The position numbers were made by a program, and so were the translations under genes. Shown here in pieces: positions 9,783-18,498 of a stretch of 64,000 bases of DNA. Position 1 is the first letter of the stretch. Every line of letters starts with the position of its first letter. Source of the DNA: a bacterium (GTDB lineage Bacteria; Patescibacteriota; Minisyncoccia; Moranbacterales; UBA1568). Under the pieces are notes generated by a model, which did not search any database, had not been told where the DNA came from, and was given only the letters and a program-made list of their open reading frames with translations. The DNA lies in NCBI GenBank assembly GCA_021821305.1, contig JAKACP010000001.1, positions 330,453 through 394,452 of the forward strand, in the 5' to 3' direction.

Positions 9783-10493
9783 ATGGCCACCCTCATCTTC
9801 GACATCGAGACTATCGGCGAGGATTTCGACGCGCTCGATGAGGTGACGCAGGAGGTGCTCACGCGTTGGATCAAGCGCGACGCCGAAAGCGAGGAGGGGT
9901 ACAAGGCCCTGCTCACCGACGTGAAGGAGGGGCTCGGGTTCTCGCCCTTGACCGGGGAGATCGTCGCGATCGGCGTCCTCGACGCGGACAAGGGAAAGGG
10001 CGCGGTGTACTTCCGGTCGCCCGGAGACACGAAGGGCGCCTTCGAGGAAGGTACGTACAAGTACGATCCGCTATCGGAAAAGGAGATGCTGCAGAAATTC
10101 TGGGACATCGTCGGCAAGTACGATACCTTCGTCACGTTCAACGGCCGCGGGTTCGACGTGCCGTTCCTCATGGTCCGTTCGGCGATCCACGGGATCCGTC
10201 CGTCCAAGAACCTGATGGCGAACCGGTACCTCAATTACCAGCCGGGAAACGCCCGCCACATCGACCTCTTCGACCAGCTTTCGTTTTACGGGGCGCTCCG
10301 CCGCAAGGGGAGTCTCCACCTTTGGACGCGTGCGTTCGGTATCGAGAGCCCCAAGGCGCAGGGCGTCTCCGGGGACGATGTCGCGGCGCTGTTCCGGGAC
10401 AAGCGGTACGAGGATATCGCCCGGTACAATGCCCGCGACCTCGAGGCGACGCTCGCTCTCTATCGGAAATATGAGGAATTCCTGGCGTTCTGA
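9783..10493 (+). CDS. PolB-exonuclease-domain-like 3'-5' exonuclease (DnaQ/RNase H fold, COG3298-like)
   Basis: Exo I motif FDIET at the N-terminus; FNGRGFDVPFL; YNARD exo III-like motif. Confidence 0.6.
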   Translation: MATLIFDIETIGEDFDALDEVTQEVLTRWIKRDAESEEGYKALLTDVKEGLGFSPLTGEIVAIGVLDADKGKGAVYFRSPGDTKGAFEEGTYKYDPLSEKEMLQKFWDIVGKYDTFVTFNGRGFDVPFLMVRSAIHGIRPSKNLMANRYLNYQPGNARHIDLFDQLSFYGALRRKGSLHLWTRAFGIESPKAQGVSGDDVAALFRDKRYEDIARYNARDLEATLALYRKYEEFLAF

Positions 10494-10541
10494 AGCGTAT
10501 TTCCCAAGGATTGCCATTTTCCGTTTCGGTGTTACAATGGC

Positions 10542-11627
10542 ATGGTTGCTATGGATATCTCATCGGAACTCAAGGATTTCAAGACGCGGATCGACCCCCA
10601 TATCGCCGCGTATTTCGATACCGCCATCGCGGAAGCCCGCAAAGAGGATAGTCTCGTGGAGGAGGCGCTCATCGCGGTGAAAGAGCTCGCGCTCGCCGGC
10701 GGGAAGCGGCTTCGTCCCGCGTTCATGCATCGGGCATACCTTGCGGCCGGCGGCGATGACGAGGAAAGGATTCTCAAGACATCGGTATCCGTGGAGCTCC
10801 TGCATCTCTTCCTGCTCGTCCACGACGACATCATCGATCGCGACGATACACGCCACGGACTCCCGACGCTCCACCGGAAGTACGCGGAGATCGGAAAGAA
10901 ACATTTCGATATCGGCGATACGGATCACTTCGGCGTGTCGATCGCCATCATCATGGGCGACATGCTCATGGCCTTCGGCAACGACATCATTTTCCGCTCC
11001 GGGTTTCCGGAAGACCGCGTCTTCCGGGCGCTTTCGAAACTGCAGAGCGTCGTTTCCTATACGGTCATCGGCCAGGGACGGGATATCTATATGGAATACA
11101 AGAAGTCCGCGACCGAAGAGGAGATACTGCGCATGTACCGGAACAAGACGGCGAAATATACGGTCGAGGGGCCGATGCATCTCGGCGCGGCGCTCGCGGG
11201 ATCGCCCGAGGATACGCTTCAGAAGTTTTCCGCGTACGGGGTCCCCATCGGGGTCGCCTTCCAGATCCGCGACGATATCCTCGGGATCTTCGGATCCGAG
11301 GAGAAGCTGGGGAAACCGGTCGGATCCGATATCGAGGAAGGAAAGCTGACCCTGCTCGTCTCGCGAGCTCTCGAGAAGGGGTCCCGTGCCGAAGAACGGG
11401 AGCTTCGGCGGATTCTCTCGGTCGGGGAAGGGTTGTCCGGAGAGGATATCGATCGGTTCCGGGACATCATCCGTGGGACCGGCTCGCTTGGATACGCCGA
11501 GGATATGATGCGCAGGCTCGTCGACGAGGGACGATCGGCGCTCCGTCTCATCGGCGGCGGTTTCGGCGAGGAGCACAGTGCTTTCTTTCTCGGGGTCGCG
11601 GACTATCTCGCCGCACGGGAGCAATAA
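10542..11627 (+). CDS. Polyprenyl (geranylgeranyl/farnesyl) diphosphate synthase
   Basis: First Asp-rich motif LVHDDIIDRDDTRHG; second motif FQIRDDILG. Confidence 0.8.
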   Translation: MVAMDISSELKDFKTRIDPHIAAYFDTAIAEARKEDSLVEEALIAVKELALAGGKRLRPAFMHRAYLAAGGDDEERILKTSVSVELLHLFLLVHDDIIDRDDTRHGLPTLHRKYAEIGKKHFDIGDTDHFGVSIAIIMGDMLMAFGNDIIFRSGFPEDRVFRALSKLQSVVSYTVIGQGRDIYMEYKKSATEEEILRMYRNKTAKYTVEGPMHLGAALAGSPEDTLQKFSAYGVPIGVAFQIRDDILGIFGSEEKLGKPVGSDIEEGKLTLLVSRALEKGSRAEERELRRILSVGEGLSGEDIDRFRDIIRGTGSLGYAEDMMRRLVDEGRSALRLIGGGFGEEHSAFFLGVADYLAAREQ

Positions 11628-11654
11628 TCAGACATATCCGGAGGGGATCGAATC

Positions 11655-12365
11655 ATGAACGAACATATGAACATTCCGAATCACATCGCTATCGTTCCGG
11701 ACGGCAACCGCCGCTGGGCGCGTGAGCGCGGGCTCCAGCCATGGGAGGGACATGAAGCCGGAGCGGGAAACACCGAAGAAATCATCCGGGAAGCGAGACG
11801 GCTCGGTATCCGGGAGATCTCGTTCTGGGGCTCCTCGCTCGAGAATCTCGCGAAGCGTCCGGTCCTCGAGACGAAAGCGCTCCTTCGCATCTACACGGAA
11901 TATTTCGGCAAGATCCTCGAGGACGAGGACATCGTCCGCGAAGAGGTGCGGATCCGCTTCATCGGGCACTGGAAGGAACAGTTTCCTGCGCCGCTTCGGA
12001 AGCTCCTCGAACGGATCGAGGAAAAAACGAAACATCATGGCCGGCATTTCCTCAATTTCTTCCTCGCATATAGCGGAGTGGATGACATGCTCGGCGCGGT
12101 ACGCGGTATCGTCCGGGAGGGAATGTCACCGGAGAAGGTCGATGAGGGGACGATCAAATCACACCTCATGACCGCCGAACTTCCGCCGGTCGACCTCCTC
12201 GTCCGGACGGGCGGCGACGCCCATCTGTCTGCGGGATTCCTCATGTGGGATGCGGCCGACGCACAGCTGGTTTTTTCGGACCTCCTCTATCCTGATTTCG
12301 GACCGAAAGCCTTCAGTGAAGCCATTTCCGAGTATGGCCGGAGGGAACGCCGCTTCGGGAAATAG
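11655..12365 (+). CDS. uppS: Undecaprenyl diphosphate synthase (cis-prenyltransferase)
   Basis: [10 protein letters not shown] motif; FSSEN-like region; full-length similarity. Confidence 0.85.
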   Translation: MNEHMNIPNHIAIVPDGNRRWARERGLQPWEGHEAGAGNTEEIIREARRLGIREISFWGSSLENLAKRPVLETKALLRIYTEYFGKILEDEDIVREEVRIRFIGHWKEQFPAPLRKLLERIEEKTKHHGRHFLNFFLAYSGVDDMLGAVRGIVREGMSPEKVDEGTIKSHLMTAELPPVDLLVRTGGDAHLSAGFLMWDAADAQLVFSDLLYPDFGPKAFSEAISEYGRRERRFGK

Positions 12366-12428
12366 GTCGCGTCGGGTGGGGAACGAATGTTTTTCCGCGG
12401 GCTTCCACGGCCGGTGGACCATATGGGT

Positions 12429-12457
12429 TTGACAAAATACGGGATGTTGCGTACAAT
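12429..12457 (+). promoter_or_regulatory. Consensus promoter TTGACA-N17-TACAAT with a ~155 nt leader upstream of infA
   Basis: Seen in sequence. Confidence 0.55.
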
Positions 12458-12613
12458 GGTTCCACACAGAAAAAACCGCTTATCCTTCGGGACAGAGGCG
12501 ACGCAGGAAAGATTTCAGGAACGAGGATCGGTTGTCCGGCGGAAAGGCTCTCTGTTTTTGTGTTGTCTTTTTCGGAGACATTAATTTTCATACAGACAAT
12601 CCATCTTTTTCCT

Positions 12614-12838
12614 ATGGGAAATACCAAGGAAGTGATACGGATGGAAGGCGAAGTCGTCGAATCCCTTCCGAGCGCGACATTCAAAATACGGCTTTCGAGC
12701 GGCCATGACGTACTCGGACATATCTCCGGGAAGATGCGGGTGCACTACATACGCCTTCTTCCGGGAGACCGGGTCATCATCGAGATGAGCCCGTATGACC
12801 TTTCGAAGGGGAGGATCGTGCAGCGCCTCAAGCAGTAA
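12614..12838 (+). CDS. infA: Translation initiation factor IF-1
   Basis: S1-like fold; [25 protein letters not shown] signature. Confidence 0.85.
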   Translation: MGNTKEVIRMEGEVVESLPSATFKIRLSSGHDVLGHISGKMRVHYIRLLPGDRVIIEMSPYDLSKGRIVQRLKQ

Positions 12839-12867
12839 GATACTTGACGTTTGACCGGAAAATAGCT

Positions 12868-12981
12868 ATGAAAGTAAGAGCATCAGTCAAAAAGATCTGC
12901 GCGCACTGCAAGATCGTGAAGCGGCGGCGGAAGATATACGTCATCTGCTCCAATCCGAAGCACAAACAGCGCCAAGGATAA
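12868..12981 (+). CDS. rpmJ: Ribosomal protein L36
   Basis: [14 protein letters not shown]...R....[12 protein letters not shown]; <60 aa so absent from the ORF track. Confidence 0.85.
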   Translation: MKVRASVKKICAHCKIVKRRRKIYVICSNPKHKQRQG

Positions 12982-13010
12982 ATCTTCGTTTTCCCAAGAA
13001 ATCAAATGCT

Positions 13011-13400
13011 ATGGTAAGAATCGCAGGTGTCAACATCCCGGATGAGAAGCGGATAGAAATGTCCCTCACCTATATATACGGTATCGGCCTTACTACGAGC
13101 CGCAAGATTCTTGCCGCGCTCGACATCGATCCGAACGTCCGCACCAAGGATCTCCCCGCGACGGATGCTAACAAGCTCCGCGAAGCGATCGAGAAGAAGT
13201 ATCGCGTCGAAGGAGAACTCCGCCATCAGGTGAAGATGAACATCAAGCGGCTCAAGGAAATCAGCTGCTATCGGGGGACGAGACACCAGAAGGGACTTCC
13301 TTCCCGGGGTCAGCGGACCAAGACCAATACCCGAACCGTCCGCGGCAACGTGCGAAAGACCATGGGAAGCGGTCGCCGCAAGGCAGGAGAGAAGACATAA
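13011..13400 (+). CDS. rpsM: Ribosomal protein S13
   Basis: [10 protein letters not shown]...YIYGIG signature. Confidence 0.9.
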   Translation: MVRIAGVNIPDEKRIEMSLTYIYGIGLTTSRKILAALDIDPNVRTKDLPATDANKLREAIEKKYRVEGELRHQVKMNIKRLKEISCYRGTRHQKGLPSRGQRTKTNTRTVRGNVRKTMGSGRRKAGEKT

Positions 13401-13442
13401 TATTTCCCCTTGGTATCGATCGATTGATTACGAGAATCTCAT

Positions 13443-13901
13443 ATGGCAGATGAAGTGAAAAAAGAGGAGTCCCTGACGACGGAGCCTACCGGCGCCGATC
13501 AGGCCGTCGCCGAGGCCGAGGCGACCAAGAAGCGCGGCAAGAAGAGCAAGCGTCAGGTTTTCCGTGGCCGGGCGAGCATCCAGTGCACGTATAACAACAC
13601 GATCGTGACGCTCACGGACCAGAACGGCGCCGTGCTCGGATGGTCGAGCTCCGGACATCTCGGTTTCAAGGGAGCCAAGAAGTCCACTCCGTACGCCGCG
13701 ACCCAGGTCGTCGCCAACGTGACGGAGAAGGTCAGGAAGTACGGTCTCCAGGAACTCGATGTCTTCGTACGTGGCGTCGGTAGCGGTCGCGAGGCTTCCG
13801 TCCGCGCGCTCGCGAACAACGGATTTTCCCTCCTCTCGATCAAGGACATCACGTCCATTCCCCATAACGGTTGCCGCCCGAAGCGGCCGAGAAGGATCTA
13901 A
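13443..13901 (+). CDS. rpsK: Ribosomal protein S11
   Basis: Full-length S11 similarity with an N-terminal Lys/Ala-rich extension. Confidence 0.9.
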   Translation: MADEVKKEESLTTEPTGADQAVAEAEATKKRGKKSKRQVFRGRASIQCTYNNTIVTLTDQNGAVLGWSSSGHLGFKGAKKSTPYAATQVVANVTEKVRKYGLQELDVFVRGVGSGREASVRALANNGFSLLSIKDITSIPHNGCRPKRPRRI

Positions 13902-13913
13902 ACGAGAAACGAT

Positions 13914-14543
13914 ATGGCAAAGATAATGGACAAGTGCAGACTGTGCCGCCGCGCCGGGGAGAAACTCTTCCTGAAGGGTGACCGTTGCTTTTCTCAGAAA
14001 TGCGCGATGGTTCGCCGTCCGACGCCCCCGGGTGTCCATGGCGCGTCCAAACAGCGCTCTCCCAGCGAATACGGCCGTCAGCTCGCCATGAAACAGAAGA
14101 TCAAGCGCGTCTACGGCGTCATGGAACGCCAGTTCCGCAAGCATTTCGAGGAAGTGAAGAAGCGCAAGGGGATCGTCGGTAACGAACTCCTCGGTCGGCT
14201 CGAGCGTCGTCTCGACAACACCGTCTACCGGCTCGGATTCGCCTCGTCGAGATCGCTCGCGCGACAGCTCGTCTCCCACAAGTGTTTTTCCGTCAACGGG
14301 AAGCGCATGGACATCCCGTCGTTCGAGCTCAGCATCGGCGACGTGATCGCGGTCAAGCCCGGGAAGAAGGAAAAAGTCTATTTCAAGAATCTGGCCGAGA
14401 CGATAAAGAACAAGAAAGGCCTGCCGGGGTGGCTCTCGCTCGATGCGGAAAAGCTCGAGGGGAAGGTCGTCTCCCTTCCGGCTCGGAACGATGTCGAGGT
14501 CAATGTCGACCCCCAGCTCGTCGTCGAATATTATTCGAAATAA
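13914..14543 (+). CDS. rpsD: Ribosomal protein S4
   Basis: Zn-finger CRLCRR...C..KC and S4 domain. Confidence 0.9.
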   Translation: MAKIMDKCRLCRRAGEKLFLKGDRCFSQKCAMVRRPTPPGVHGASKQRSPSEYGRQLAMKQKIKRVYGVMERQFRKHFEEVKKRKGIVGNELLGRLERRLDNTVYRLGFASSRSLARQLVSHKCFSVNGKRMDIPSFELSIGDVIAVKPGKKEKVYFKNLAETIKNKKGLPGWLSLDAEKLEGKVVSLPARNDVEVNVDPQLVVEYYSK

Positions 14544-14606
14544 TTAAATCGCAAGGAGGGATGTCCCGACGCCGGAAACGCCCGTCGGAACATCTGAAGC
14601 AAACCT

Positions 14607-15368
14607 ATGATTTCCGTCCCGCAACAGCCCAAGGTCACTTCTCTCGGAGAGAACCACTCGAAGTTCGAGATACTCGGATGCTATCCGGGTTATGGCGCGA
14701 CGCTCGGCAACGCCATCCGGCGCGTGCTCCTTTCCTCGCTCGACGGTGCCGCGGCGCAGTCGGTCAAGATCAAGGGCGTTTCGCACGAATTCGCCACGAT
14801 TCCCGGCGTCATGGAGGATGTCGTGCAGCTCCTGCTCAACCTCAAGCAGATCCGCTTCCGCATGCACGGTGATGAGACCGTCAAGGTGACGATCAAGGCC
14901 AAGGGAGAAGGCGAGGTCACCGCGGGCGATATCAAGGCCCCGTCGTCGGTGGAAATCGTGAACCCCGCGTACAAGATCGCGACGCTTACCGACAAGAAGG
15001 CCGAACTCGAGCTGGAGCTCGAAATCGGAAAGGGAATCGGATACGTTCCGATCGAGGCTCGTGACGGTGAGGACCGGGAGATCGGCGTCATCGCGCTCGA
15101 CTCGATCTACACGCCGGTCCGTCGCGTGAACTACGAGGTCGAGAACATGCGTGTCGGCAAGCGGACGGATTATGACAAGGTCTCGATCGAGGTGGTCACC
15201 GACGGAAGCATCACCCCGGAAACGGCATTCGCCAAATCGATAGATATCCTCGTCGGCCAGTTCGAATCCATCCGGATGGAACAGCCGAAGGAAGAGGCAG
15301 CGGCGGAAGAGAAGCCGAAGAAGGCCGCCAAGAAGGCCGCCAAGAAAGCCGAAAAGGAAGAGGCATAA
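14607..15368 (+). CDS. rpoA: DNA-directed RNA polymerase alpha subunit, N-terminal domain only, with a KKAAKK tail (no alpha-CTD)
   Basis: Alpha-NTD similarity over ~225 aa, then a 28-aa E/K/A-rich tail and stop; rplQ follows 6-21 nt later, leaving no room for a CTD. Confidence 0.85.
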   Translation: MISVPQQPKVTSLGENHSKFEILGCYPGYGATLGNAIRRVLLSSLDGAAAQSVKIKGVSHEFATIPGVMEDVVQLLLNLKQIRFRMHGDETVKVTIKAKGEGEVTAGDIKAPSSVEIVNPAYKIATLTDKKAELELELEIGKGIGYVPIEARDGEDREIGVIALDSIYTPVRRVNYEVENMRVGKRTDYDKVSIEVVTDGSITPETAFAKSIDILVGQFESIRMEQPKEEAAAEEKPKKAAKKAAKKAEKEEA

Positions 15369-15389
15369 ACAACGTTGTTCGAGTTTCGT

Positions 15390-15758
15390 ATGAATCACCG
15401 GAAAACAGGGCGAATATTGTCGAGAACCCGGAATCAGCGCCGGGCGCTTCTGAAGACGTTGTTCGGGAGCCTTATTCTCCATGAGCACATCCAGACCACG
15501 GAGGCCAAGGCCAAGGAAGTGAAGCTCCATATCGACCAGCTCGTGAACAAGGCCAAGCGCGCCCAGACGGACGAGGTCCGGAAGATCAGCCTGATCCGCG
15601 ATCTGCGCAGGAAACTCCCGCTCGTCGCGGTGGAGAAGCTCTCTTCGCCGGAGTTCATTTCCCGATTCTCGGGACGTGGCAGCGGGTATACCCGTGTCGT
15701 GAAGCTGCAGGCACGGAAAGGCGACGGCGCCCACATGGCCATCATTGAATTTGTCTAG
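15390..15758 (+). CDS. rplQ: Ribosomal protein L17
   Basis: MNHRKTGR start typical of L17. Confidence 0.85.
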   Translation: MNHRKTGRILSRTRNQRRALLKTLFGSLILHEHIQTTEAKAKEVKLHIDQLVNKAKRAQTDEVRKISLIRDLRRKLPLVAVEKLSSPEFISRFSGRGSGYTRVVKLQARKGDGAHMAIIEFV

Positions 15759-15766
15759 AAACCAGT

Positions 15767-16171
15767 ATGCCCCAAGGAATACACCGGAAATATCATCTCT
15801 TCGACGCCCAAGGAAAGGTCCTCGGACGTTTGGCGACCGAAATCGCCGGCGTGCTTTCCGGCAAGGTGAAAGTCGATTACGCTCCGCATGTCGATGGCGG
15901 TGATTTCGTGGTGGTCATCAACACCGACGGCATCCAGGTAACCGGCAACAAACGTGAGGGGAAACTCTATCACCACTTCACCGGATATCCGGGCGGCATC
16001 CGTTCGATCGCGCTCAAGGATCAGATGAAGAAGGACTCGAGGAAGATTCTCCAGAGCGCTCTCTACGGTATGCTCCCCAAGAACTCGCTCCGCGACCGCA
16101 TGCTGACGAGACTCCTCCTCTACAAGGGAGCCGAGCATCCGCACAAGGCTATCCACGTGACCCACGAATAA
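15767..16171 (+). CDS. rplM: Ribosomal protein L13
   Basis: Full-length L13 similarity. Confidence 0.9.
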   Translation: MPQGIHRKYHLFDAQGKVLGRLATEIAGVLSGKVKVDYAPHVDGGDFVVVINTDGIQVTGNKREGKLYHHFTGYPGGIRSIALKDQMKKDSRKILQSALYGMLPKNSLRDRMLTRLLLYKGAEHPHKAIHVTHE

Positions 16172-16178
16172 AACCATT

Positions 16179-16637
16179 ATGGCGACGACGAAGAAATCGG
16201 CTATCATCGAGAAAAAGACGGAAGGACCCAAGGCGAAACTCGGGAAGTATTTCTATGCGGTCGGTCGCCGCAAGACCGCCGTGGCCCAGGTCCGCCTGTA
16301 CTCCGAAAAGGAGAACAAGGGCGCCGGACACAGCATGAACCGGAGGGCGCTCGAGGAGTATTTCCCCGCGGTCTCGCATGCCACGCCGATTTTCCCGCTC
16401 ACGGTCACCGGACTCGGTGAAGAGTTCCAGGTTTCCGCCACCGTCCAGGGCGGAGGCGTCCAGGCGCAGGCCGAAGCGGTCCGCCTCGGTGTCGCCCGCG
16501 CGCTTCTCAAGCACGACGAGTCGCTCCGTGCCACGCTCCGTGCCAACGGTCTCCTCACCCGCGATGCCCGATCCGTCGAGCGCAAGAAGCCGGGTCTCAA
16601 GAAGGCCCGACGCGCGCCGCAGTGGGCGAAGCGCTAG
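16179..16637 (+). CDS. rpsI: Ribosomal protein S9
   Basis: C-terminal GLLTRDAR..ERKK.G..KARRA..WAKR signature. Confidence 0.9.
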   Translation: MATTKKSAIIEKKTEGPKAKLGKYFYAVGRRKTAVAQVRLYSEKENKGAGHSMNRRALEEYFPAVSHATPIFPLTVTGLGEEFQVSATVQGGGVQAQAEAVRLGVARALLKHDESLRATLRANGLLTRDARSVERKKPGLKKARRAPQWAKR

Positions 16638-16685
16638 GACGATCTCGAACGGTTTTCCAAGACCCGCGTTTCGCGGGTCTTTTTC

Positions 16686-16973
16686 ATGTGTGGTATAATA
16701 TTCCCCATGGAAGAGCTTCGGCAAAAAATAGAGGACATCTTCGAATCGGCAGGGCTTTCCGAGGAGGATCGGGCGTTGTGGCGGTCGCGCCTCTCGGCGG
16801 CCGACGATTCGTTTCCACGGACCTTCGTGACCCTGTTCGATGAGGAGGGTGATATGCTCCGTTTTTTCACGAACGATCTCCGCAAACGTGCGGAAGCCGG
16901 AAACGATGCCGAAAAACTTTCTTCCGTCCTCCGGGAAGAGAAGGAGTATTTCGCCAATATCCTCGCTGAGTAG
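16686..16973 (+). CDS. Small hypothetical protein
   Basis: ORF only. Confidence 0.3.
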   Translation: MCGIIFPMEELRQKIEDIFESAGLSEEDRALWRSRLSAADDSFPRTFVTLFDEEGDMLRFFTNDLRKRAEAGNDAEKLSSVLREEKEYFANILAE

Positions 16974-17014
16974 CCGTCTCAAATCTCACCGCGTAGATAA
17001 AAGAAGAACATAGT

Positions 17015-18253
17015 ATGCCATCATTCGAAACTTTTCCCGCGTCACACGGAACGGACGCGGAATCCGGGAAGAAAGCCTCCTTTGAACTGAACGGCACCTC
17101 GGTACCGGTCGAGGAGTTCATGACGCACCCGGCCGAGGCTGCCCTGGCCATACACGAGGCGAAGGAACGGCAGGAAGATCTCGGTGAATTCCGGACACAT
17201 ATGGAAGAGGCGATGCGGAACATCGAATCCGCGCTTCCGACCATGTCCGGAGAACAAGCTCCCGTGGAAGGAGCTGCTCCGGAATCCACCTCGAAGGCGG
17301 CCGAGAGACCATCCGAGGAAGACGACAAGGACGCGTTGCTCCTCAGGATCGCTTCCTTTGCGGAACGCATACCGGGCGGCAAAAACGCGCTCGGTGCGCT
17401 CGCGCTCGTCATCGGTCTCTCCTCCCTTCCGAAAGACGCCGAAGCGTTCTCGTTCGATCCGATCCAAGTCGCCGAGAAGGAGGTGGAGAGAGGCGTCAAC
17501 AGCGGCGTCCGGGGAGCGAGCCGCGATGCCGGCAGAGCGGTCGGCGGCGTGATCGAGCAGGCGGTCGGCGCCCTTCGCAAAAGCATCGGCCTCGAAACGC
17601 CCCAAGAGCGGGCGAAGCGGGAAAACGAGGAGAGGCGTGCGGAACAGCAACTCAAAAAACAGCATGATATCGAGGTGAGGAAGTTCAACCAGGAACAGGT
17701 TCAGCGGGTACGCGAGGATACCAAGCGAGTGACGAATTTCGAGCGGGCCACGGATCAGTACCAGCGGAAGCTCGAGGAGGTCCGAAGGACGTTCAATCAG
17801 GAGTTCGACCGGGCCCAGGCTTCCTACGTACAGCAACGGGATCGCGTGGGTTCACCCGAGCAGGCCAAGCGCTACGAACGCGAGCAGTGGCAACGGTGGC
17901 TCCAAGCGGCGAGGAGCGGCCTGCAGAGATTGGAGCAGTATGACAATGAGATGGACAATGCCGCGACGGACGTCTCGGGCGTGGTTTCCAGCCTTACGGA
18001 GCGTGCCGCGGAGGCCGAGCAGGAGCGAAACGGGCTCCTGCGGTCGAGCGAGGAGATGCGCCGGGCGTTGTCGGATCTTGCGGACAAGATGGAACGGAAT
18101 CTCGGAATCACCGAAAACGCCCAAAGCCCGCTCCGAAATCTCGAAGAGGAGAGGACGTCACCCGCCCCGTCTTCCCGGGCGGAACGGTCGTCCGGCGAAG
18201 AATCTTCCAGTCGTGATGACTGGGGCAAGATAGACCCGAAATATCGTTTTTAG
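17015..18253 (+). CDS. Hypothetical coiled-coil protein (Arg/Glu/Gln-rich C-terminal half)
   Basis: 412 aa ORF with a predicted TM segment and a long charged helix. Confidence 0.45.
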   Translation: MPSFETFPASHGTDAESGKKASFELNGTSVPVEEFMTHPAEAALAIHEAKERQEDLGEFRTHMEEAMRNIESALPTMSGEQAPVEGAAPESTSKAAERPSEEDDKDALLLRIASFAERIPGGKNALGALALVIGLSSLPKDAEAFSFDPIQVAEKEVERGVNSGVRGASRDAGRAVGGVIEQAVGALRKSIGLETPQERAKRENEERRAEQQLKKQHDIEVRKFNQEQVQRVREDTKRVTNFERATDQYQRKLEEVRRTFNQEFDRAQASYVQQRDRVGSPEQAKRYEREQWQRWLQAARSGLQRLEQYDNEMDNAATDVSGVVSSLTERAAEAEQERNGLLRSSEEMRRALSDLADKMERNLGITENAQSPLRNLEEERTSPAPSSRAERSSGEESSSRDDWGKIDPKYRF

Positions 18254-18437
18254 AGCCTGTCTAAATTCTCATGTCTTGAGAAAATATTCAGATTTCGAGC
18301 GAAAACCTTGAAAAGGGAGGAGGGCTATCGAGATACCCCGACGAGCTTTGAGAGGTTTGCAGCCGAAATCTGGATATTTTATCAGACAAGCTGTGAGTTT
18401 TCTTTTCTATTGGGCGGTGAGATTTTAGACAGGCTCT
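18252..18437 (+). repeat. Palindromic intergenic element, copy 1
   Basis: Terminal inverted repeats AGAGCCTGTCTAAATTCTCAT / GTGAGATTTTAGACAGGCTCT; nested inverted repeat AAAATATTCAGATTTCG / CGAAATCTGGATATTTT; core motifs TTTCGAGCGAAAACC, CCCCGACGAG, GGTTTGCAGCCGAAAT. Confidence 0.75.
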
Positions 18438-18455
18438 TGGTTGAACGAATAAAAT

Positions 18456-18490
18456 ACGCTCGACGGATTTTCCTCGAGCGTGTTTTTTTG
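18456..18490. terminator. Hairpin CGCTCGACGGATTTTCCTCGAGCG plus T7 (probably bidirectional, between convergent genes)
   Basis: Seen in sequence. Confidence 0.5.
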
Positions 18491-18498
18491 TCGTGAAT

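Noticed and set aside
10560-11624. 354-aa minus-strand ORF
   Set aside because: Antisense to the polyprenyl synthase gene, which has clear DDxxD motifs.
14544-15734. 396-aa minus-strand ORF
   Set aside because: Antisense to rpoA and rplQ.
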